Source: a virus
Taxonomy: Duplodnaviria; Caudoviricetes
Strand: one strand, 5' to 3'
DNA: 30,407 nucleotides
Virus record (IMG/VR): IMGVR_UViG_3300017754_000406
Coordinates: 1 to 30,407 of that record
Of the stretch, positions 26,601-30,407 are shown one piece after another. The position numbers and the translations under genes are program-made. The notes under the pieces are model-generated. The model saw only the letters and a list, made by a program, of their open reading frames with translations, ran no database searches and was not told where the DNA came from. Every line of letters begins with the position of its first letter. Position 1 is the stretch's first letter.

Positions 26601-27539
26601 TTATTGCTGCTGTTGCATCTGCTCCTGTGTCATACCAAACTGAACAACCTCGGTCTCACGGATAGACATTCCAGCATACTCAAGAATTTTTGCAACAAGC
26701 TTATACTCATCCTCTAATGGTAGCTCAAAGTCTTGATAGTCTGGCTGGCTCTGATCAAATACAGGCTCACCACTAGCAAGCGTAATGTATGTCCACTTTG
26801 GGTCCTTTGGCAGTCTAAAGTACTGGGCCTGAACCTGACCTGTGGTAGCAAGTGTTGTTGGATATACCGAAAGCTTATCACCCTCCTGAGTAAAGGCTGG
26901 GAACAGTGTGCTTGGAGATGTCAGGTTTGAATTAAGGAGCATGCTTATCTTGCTAAGCGTAACCTTGTCAGCCTCCTTAAATAATGATGAGTCTATAATA
27001 GCGTAGTTTCTTGGAGTGGCTGTAAATATGTTGGCCGTCAAAACAATGACAGTGTTACTTGAAACAGATACCACCCTAGCTGTTGCATTAGTAGTTGTGT
27101 TTACCACAATATCTCCTGCCGAGATACCAAGCGTAGTAAACAGGGCCGTGCTGTCAACCAACTGACTGGCGACAACAGATGTGTTGGTACCGGTATCAAG
27201 AATTGTCGGATAGCATAGCACCTTATTTATCATAAAGTACTGATCTCCAGTGGTTGTGAGTGATGGAGAGAAAAATATATTGCCCGAAAAGTTATACAAA
27301 AAGTTTGTAGAAGAGAAGCCCTCAATAACCTCCTCTATCTGACGTCTAGTGTTTGCATATCCAGTCCCTGAAGTGCGAACATTCTCCTGATTAATCTTGT
27401 CATTATACCCAGAAAATGCCTCCTCATAGATCTCTAGCTGAGCCTGCTTGGCAAACAGATTAAAGTCAGATGGGGAAAGGTATCCGTAGTTGTTTTTATT
27501 CAGTACAGACAGTACAGTATTTCTTACCGAATTGATCAT
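26601..27539 (-). CDS. Tail ring/head-tail adaptor protein
   Basis: Start moved to ATG 27539 because the upstream extension crosses a terminator and promoter; VL..LNKNNYGYLSP.DFNLFAKQAQ and YFRLPKDPKW...DFELP motifs. Confidence 0.72.
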   Translation of the reverse strand: MINSVRNTVLSVLNKNNYGYLSPSDFNLFAKQAQLEIYEEAFSGYNDKINQENVRTSGTGYANTRRQIEEVIEGFSSTNFLYNFSGNIFFSPSLTTTGDQYFMINKVLCYPTILDTGTNTSVVASQLVDSTALFTTLGISAGDIVVNTTTNATARVVSVSSNTVIVLTANIFTATPRNYAIIDSSLFKEADKVTLSKISMLLNSNLTSPSTLFPAFTQEGDKLSVYPTTLATTGQVQAQYFRLPKDPKWTYITLASGEPVFDQSQPDYQDFELPLEDEYKLVAKILEYAGMSIRETEVVQFGMTQEQMQQQQ

Positions 27540-27553
27540 CAACTTACTTTTTA

Positions 27554-27561
27554 CAAAGATA
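27554..27561 (-). promoter_or_regulatory. Bacteroidota -7 promoter element TATCTTTG
   Basis: Exact TAnnTTTG 14 nt upstream of ATG 27539, directly after a terminator U-tract; same TATCTTTGTA 10-mer as at 19230-19239. Confidence 0.65.
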
Positions 27562-27593
27562 AATAAAAAAGAGGGTGCTATTTGCACCCCCCT
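27562..27593 (-). terminator. Intrinsic terminator
   Basis: On the minus strand GGGGGTGC-aaata-GCACCCTC followed by TTTTTTATTT, downstream of the 249-aa gene. Confidence 0.8.
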
Positions 27594-27616
27594 GTATGTA
27601 TAACCAAAAAACCAAA

Positions 27617-28366
27617 CTACTCTGAAATCAGGTTCTCTAGCATCTTGAGGGCATCAATTCCCTCGTCAGTTCTAAAGAACATAGCAACGGTAGAATATGG
27701 GTCCTCTCCGTATGGTACAAGAAGCATCTTCTTCTTATTGGTTGTGGTGTTAAACCATACCTCCTTCTGGCCGTTTCGGAAAGTTAACAGCTTCTGTTCA
27801 AAGAACTTATGAACCGTAGACTGTAGCTTCAGCATTGGATCGTTAATCACATTTACAAACCCTCTTGGGTCCTGCTTTGCCATAATAAGGATATCCCTTT
27901 TCAGCTCAGCGGTTGTAACTCTTGATGGGTCCTTCCCGATCATTACTCGGTAAACAGTCTCCATCTGCTCGATGCCAAGCTCACGGGCAAGCACCAAAGC
28001 ATCTACCTCGGCGTTCAGTATTTCAACCTCCTTGCTTGCATCCTTCTCATGGTTAACCTCCTCAAAAGAACGACCGTTCAGTGGGTGGTAGTAAAGGAAC
28101 TGCTGGAGTACAGGATTATTTTTGGGGACACGAAGGAAGCCACTCTCAAAGATAACAGGCTCCACAATTGCATTACCGTCCTGCTCGTCTTCGAATGGGG
28201 ACTTTTGGTTGATGGCGTACCGCAGTGGGCGGTTTACGTTGTTATCCTCATCATACCAGAGAAGCGGATATCTGCGAGTATTACGAGAAGGGAGTGTAAA
28301 AGACAGAGGAGCTGCGTCATTTTTCAGCTTGTAAATTCTGTCTACAGGGGACAATTTTACTTTCAT
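27617..28366 (-). CDS. Hypothetical protein in the head-morphogenesis cluster
   Basis: 249 aa between the capsid and ring genes; A-rich leader; LRYAINQKSPF.DEQ motif. Confidence 0.75.
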   Translation of the reverse strand: MKVKLSPVDRIYKLKNDAAPLSFTLPSRNTRRYPLLWYDEDNNVNRPLRYAINQKSPFEDEQDGNAIVEPVIFESGFLRVPKNNPVLQQFLYYHPLNGRSFEEVNHEKDASKEVEILNAEVDALVLARELGIEQMETVYRVMIGKDPSRVTTAELKRDILIMAKQDPRGFVNVINDPMLKLQSTVHKFFEQKLLTFRNGQKEVWFNTTTNKKKMLLVPYGEDPYSTVAMFFRTDEGIDALKMLENLISE

Positions 28367-28386
28367 TTGATAAGATTTGATTTGTT

Positions 28387-28428
28387 AAAAGAAAGGAGGG
28401 AGTGTCCTTGAAGACACTCCACCCCTTT
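28387..28428 (-). terminator. Intrinsic terminator after the major capsid gene
   Basis: GGAGTGTC/GACACTCC perfect 8-bp stem (28399-28420), extended by AAAGGGG/CTCCTTT and followed by TTTCTTTT on the minus strand. Confidence 0.8.
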
Positions 28429-28444
28429 AGATTTCCTGTTAGGA

Positions 28445-29878
28445 TTAAGAACCGTAGCGGAACAACACGAAGTTGTTAGCGCCCAAGGTACACACACAAC
28501 GCTCGGACAGGAAGTTGACTTCCATTGCATCGAGGTCGCTAGTCTGAGCACCACCCGCAGAACCTGTAATCCAAGTCTTATAGCGGCGGTCTTCAGCCTC
28601 AGTGGCGCGATAACGAACGTGCAGGAACGGACGCTTAGCGTTCTTTCCGAGGATCTGATCGTACACGGTAGTGGAACCAGCAGGAACCAACAGACCAGTT
28701 ACGGTACCAGAAGCAGAAGCTCCGGTTGGCAGACCACCACGCATTGTGGGATCGTTCAGGTATTTCCAGTCAGACTTGTAGAAGTCATAACCACGACGGA
28801 AACCGCTGAAACCGAGGTTCAGAGCCATGTCGGTATCGTTATCGAACAGACCGAAAGAAGCAGCCTGAGCAGCACCAGTACCATTGAAACCATTCAAGGT
28901 AGCCAGCATGTCATCGATATCGAAAGAGAAGTCACGGTTAACGAAGATTACGTTCTCCTCGATAGAACCTTGCTTATCCAAGCGAGAGATGATAGTGTCG
29001 AAGTCTGCCAGAGTTGTGGGGTTACCACCGCCCCATACGTTACCACGGCTGTTTACTACGTAGAAGATTCCCTCAGAACCTTTGTTACCAAAGCTAGGGT
29101 TCAACGCAGAGTTAGCAGCACCAGAACCAGACTCAGCAGGAACTGCCTCGATCATTGCAGTCTCAAGATAGTCCTCGAAACGCAGACGAGTCTCGTGCTC
29201 ACTCTTCAGGTACCACAGGTATCCAGTAGCACCGTTCTCGGTAGTTACTTCAACCCATCCAATCTGAGCCATGTCAGAACCGCTAACAGCGTATTTGTCC
29301 TTGATGATGATCGGGCTGTTCTGGAAGATTTCGTCTTCAGCTTCCAAAGAACCAACCATTCCAACAGTTCCTTTCTTAAACTCAGAACCATAGATCCATA
29401 CAGATACAGTTGCTGTGATAGCAAAAGTCTGGCCGGGGCCTTCGTAGTAAGCAACAGTGAAAGTGTCAGTAGCTGTGTTAACAGCAGTAACGATACCCTT
29501 ATTGCTAAGTCCAGTAGCGTTATCAGAAATAAAGACAGTCTGACCAGCACGGATAGCGATAGCAGTTACGTTAGCATCGTTAACAGTGATAGTAGCAGAG
29601 TCAGCACCAGCAGCAGCAGAAGTAGCACAGTTAGTGTACTTGGTGTGCAGACGGCCTTGCTCAGCCCACTTAATCAAGTCAGAGTTGGATGGCATCTCGG
29701 CGCCAACCAAACGGAGGAAAGAAGCGACGGTACGGTTACCATAACGCTCAAACTCCTTCTCATAAGTATCAGGAAGATACTGGTTCAAGAAGTTGAAGTT
29801 GGTGATGTAGTTCGTCGATAGGGGAACCTGCTCAGCACTTGGCTGTAACTGGAACCCGGGGGTAGATAATACAGGCAT
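28445..29878 (-). CDS. Major capsid protein
   Basis: 477 aa; QYLPD.YEKEFERYGNR and SDLIKWAEQGRLH motifs recalled from Bacteroidota podovirus capsids; strongest codon bias in the window; scaffold-like gene upstream and terminator downstream. Confidence 0.85.
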   Translation of the reverse strand: MPVLSTPGFQLQPSAEQVPLSTNYITNFNFLNQYLPDTYEKEFERYGNRTVASFLRLVGAEMPSNSDLIKWAEQGRLHTKYTNCATSAAAGADSATITVNDANVTAIAIRAGQTVFISDNATGLSNKGIVTAVNTATDTFTVAYYEGPGQTFAITATVSVWIYGSEFKKGTVGMVGSLEAEDEIFQNSPIIIKDKYAVSGSDMAQIGWVEVTTENGATGYLWYLKSEHETRLRFEDYLETAMIEAVPAESGSGAANSALNPSFGNKGSEGIFYVVNSRGNVWGGGNPTTLADFDTIISRLDKQGSIEENVIFVNRDFSFDIDDMLATLNGFNGTGAAQAASFGLFDNDTDMALNLGFSGFRRGYDFYKSDWKYLNDPTMRGGLPTGASASGTVTGLLVPAGSTTVYDQILGKNAKRPFLHVRYRATEAEDRRYKTWITGSAGGAQTSDLDAMEVNFLSERCVCTLGANNFVLFRYGS

Positions 29879-29896
29879 TGTTTTTTCTTTTAGATG

Positions 29897-30406
29897 TTAT
29901 ATTTTTTTGATGCTGCGAATTTTGAGGCCCTTTCCGGCATCGGGGTTTACAGCTTTAACTTGTACCCCACCCTTGTTTGTTGACTCAGGAGCTCTACGTT
30001 CAGACATATTTATATTTTTTGTCTTACGCATTACATCCTCTGTTGCATCTGCCAGTCCTTGCTCATAGAAGAACTTAGCGAAGCGATCAGGGTTCATCGC
30101 GATTGCCAAAGACTTGTGGTATCCAGCAGCGTCCTTCATCAATCCGTTGTCGTCCAAAAATTTACCAATGAAATTCATTGGATTGGACTGCAACTTCTTT
30201 AATTCTGCTGCGTCACCGGGAGCGAACTTCAGTGAGCGGTCATTTACTTTGAACTCAAAACCTTTGAACTCTCCGCCGAAGACTTCTTCTGTCTTCTGTT
30301 CAAACCACTTGTGCTTACGTTCATTTTCCTCCTGTACAGTCTTTGACTGTTTTACATATTGCTTATAGCTCTCAAACTCTTCCTTGTCCTCGTCAGAGAT
30401 ACCAGC
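29897..30406 (-). CDS. C-terminal part of a putative scaffolding protein (truncated by window edge)
   Basis: Frame open to the window end (AGISDEDKEEFESYKQY...FKGFEF...GYHKSL...FFYEQGLADA); immediately upstream of the capsid gene. Confidence 0.7.
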   Translation of the reverse strand, partial: AGISDEDKEEFESYKQYVKQSKTVQEENERKHKWFEQKTEEVFGGEFKGFEFKVNDRSLKFAPGDAAELKKLQSNPMNFIGKFLDDNGLMKDAAGYHKSLAIAMNPDRFAKFFYEQGLADATEDVMRKTKNINMSERRAPESTNKGGVQVKAVNPDAGKGLKIRSIKKI

Positions 30407-30407
30407 C

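Noticed and set aside
27540-27587. 16-aa N-terminal extension of the 328-aa ORF
   Set aside because: It runs through a terminator hairpin and a promoter element; ATG 27539 is the better start
28619-29821. 400-aa + strand ORF antisense to the capsid gene
   Set aside because: Expected shadow of strong codon bias in the capsid gene; Ser/Thr/Val-rich with no motifs or expression signals
1-30407. Stop-codon reassignment as in some crAss-like phages
   Set aside because: Genes are long and tightly packed under the standard code; TAG, TGA and TAA all end genes at sensible boundaries; the tRNA is not a suppressor

Overview
A 30.4-kb piece of a tailed dsDNA phage genome, probably a podovirus-type phage of a Bacteroidota host. 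The host inference rests on TAnnTTTG promoter elements, A-rich starts without Shine-Dalgarno motifs and a BT4734/VirE-type primase. Two convergent modules meet at about 7,433. The + strand (1-7431) carries replication genes: an SSB-like protein, an iteron/AT-rich origin-like region, a primase-SF3 helicase, an SF2 helicase, VRR-NUC, a DnaA-C-like HTH protein, small ORFs, a structured RNA, tRNA-Arg(UCU) and a PD-(D/E)XK endonuclease. The - strand (30407-7435) carries morphogenesis genes: a scaffold-like protein, major capsid protein, two ring/adaptor proteins, a split stabilization/nozzle protein, a GNAT-like protein and three putative ejection proteins, the last of 2963 aa. Most of the unusual signals lie inside the giant gene: (i) an overprinted 52-aa basic MPFKS-type gene in the +1 frame, (ii) a low-GC ADP-ribosyltransferase-like cassette just downstream of it, (iii) an A9 slippery site opening a 61-codon -1 frame, and (iv) VKEQ linkers separating modules, one of them an HExxH zincin. 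The tRNA has a compensated A19-U56 elbow pair and abuts the endonuclease start codon. All family assignments come from motif recognition by eye; no database searches were run.
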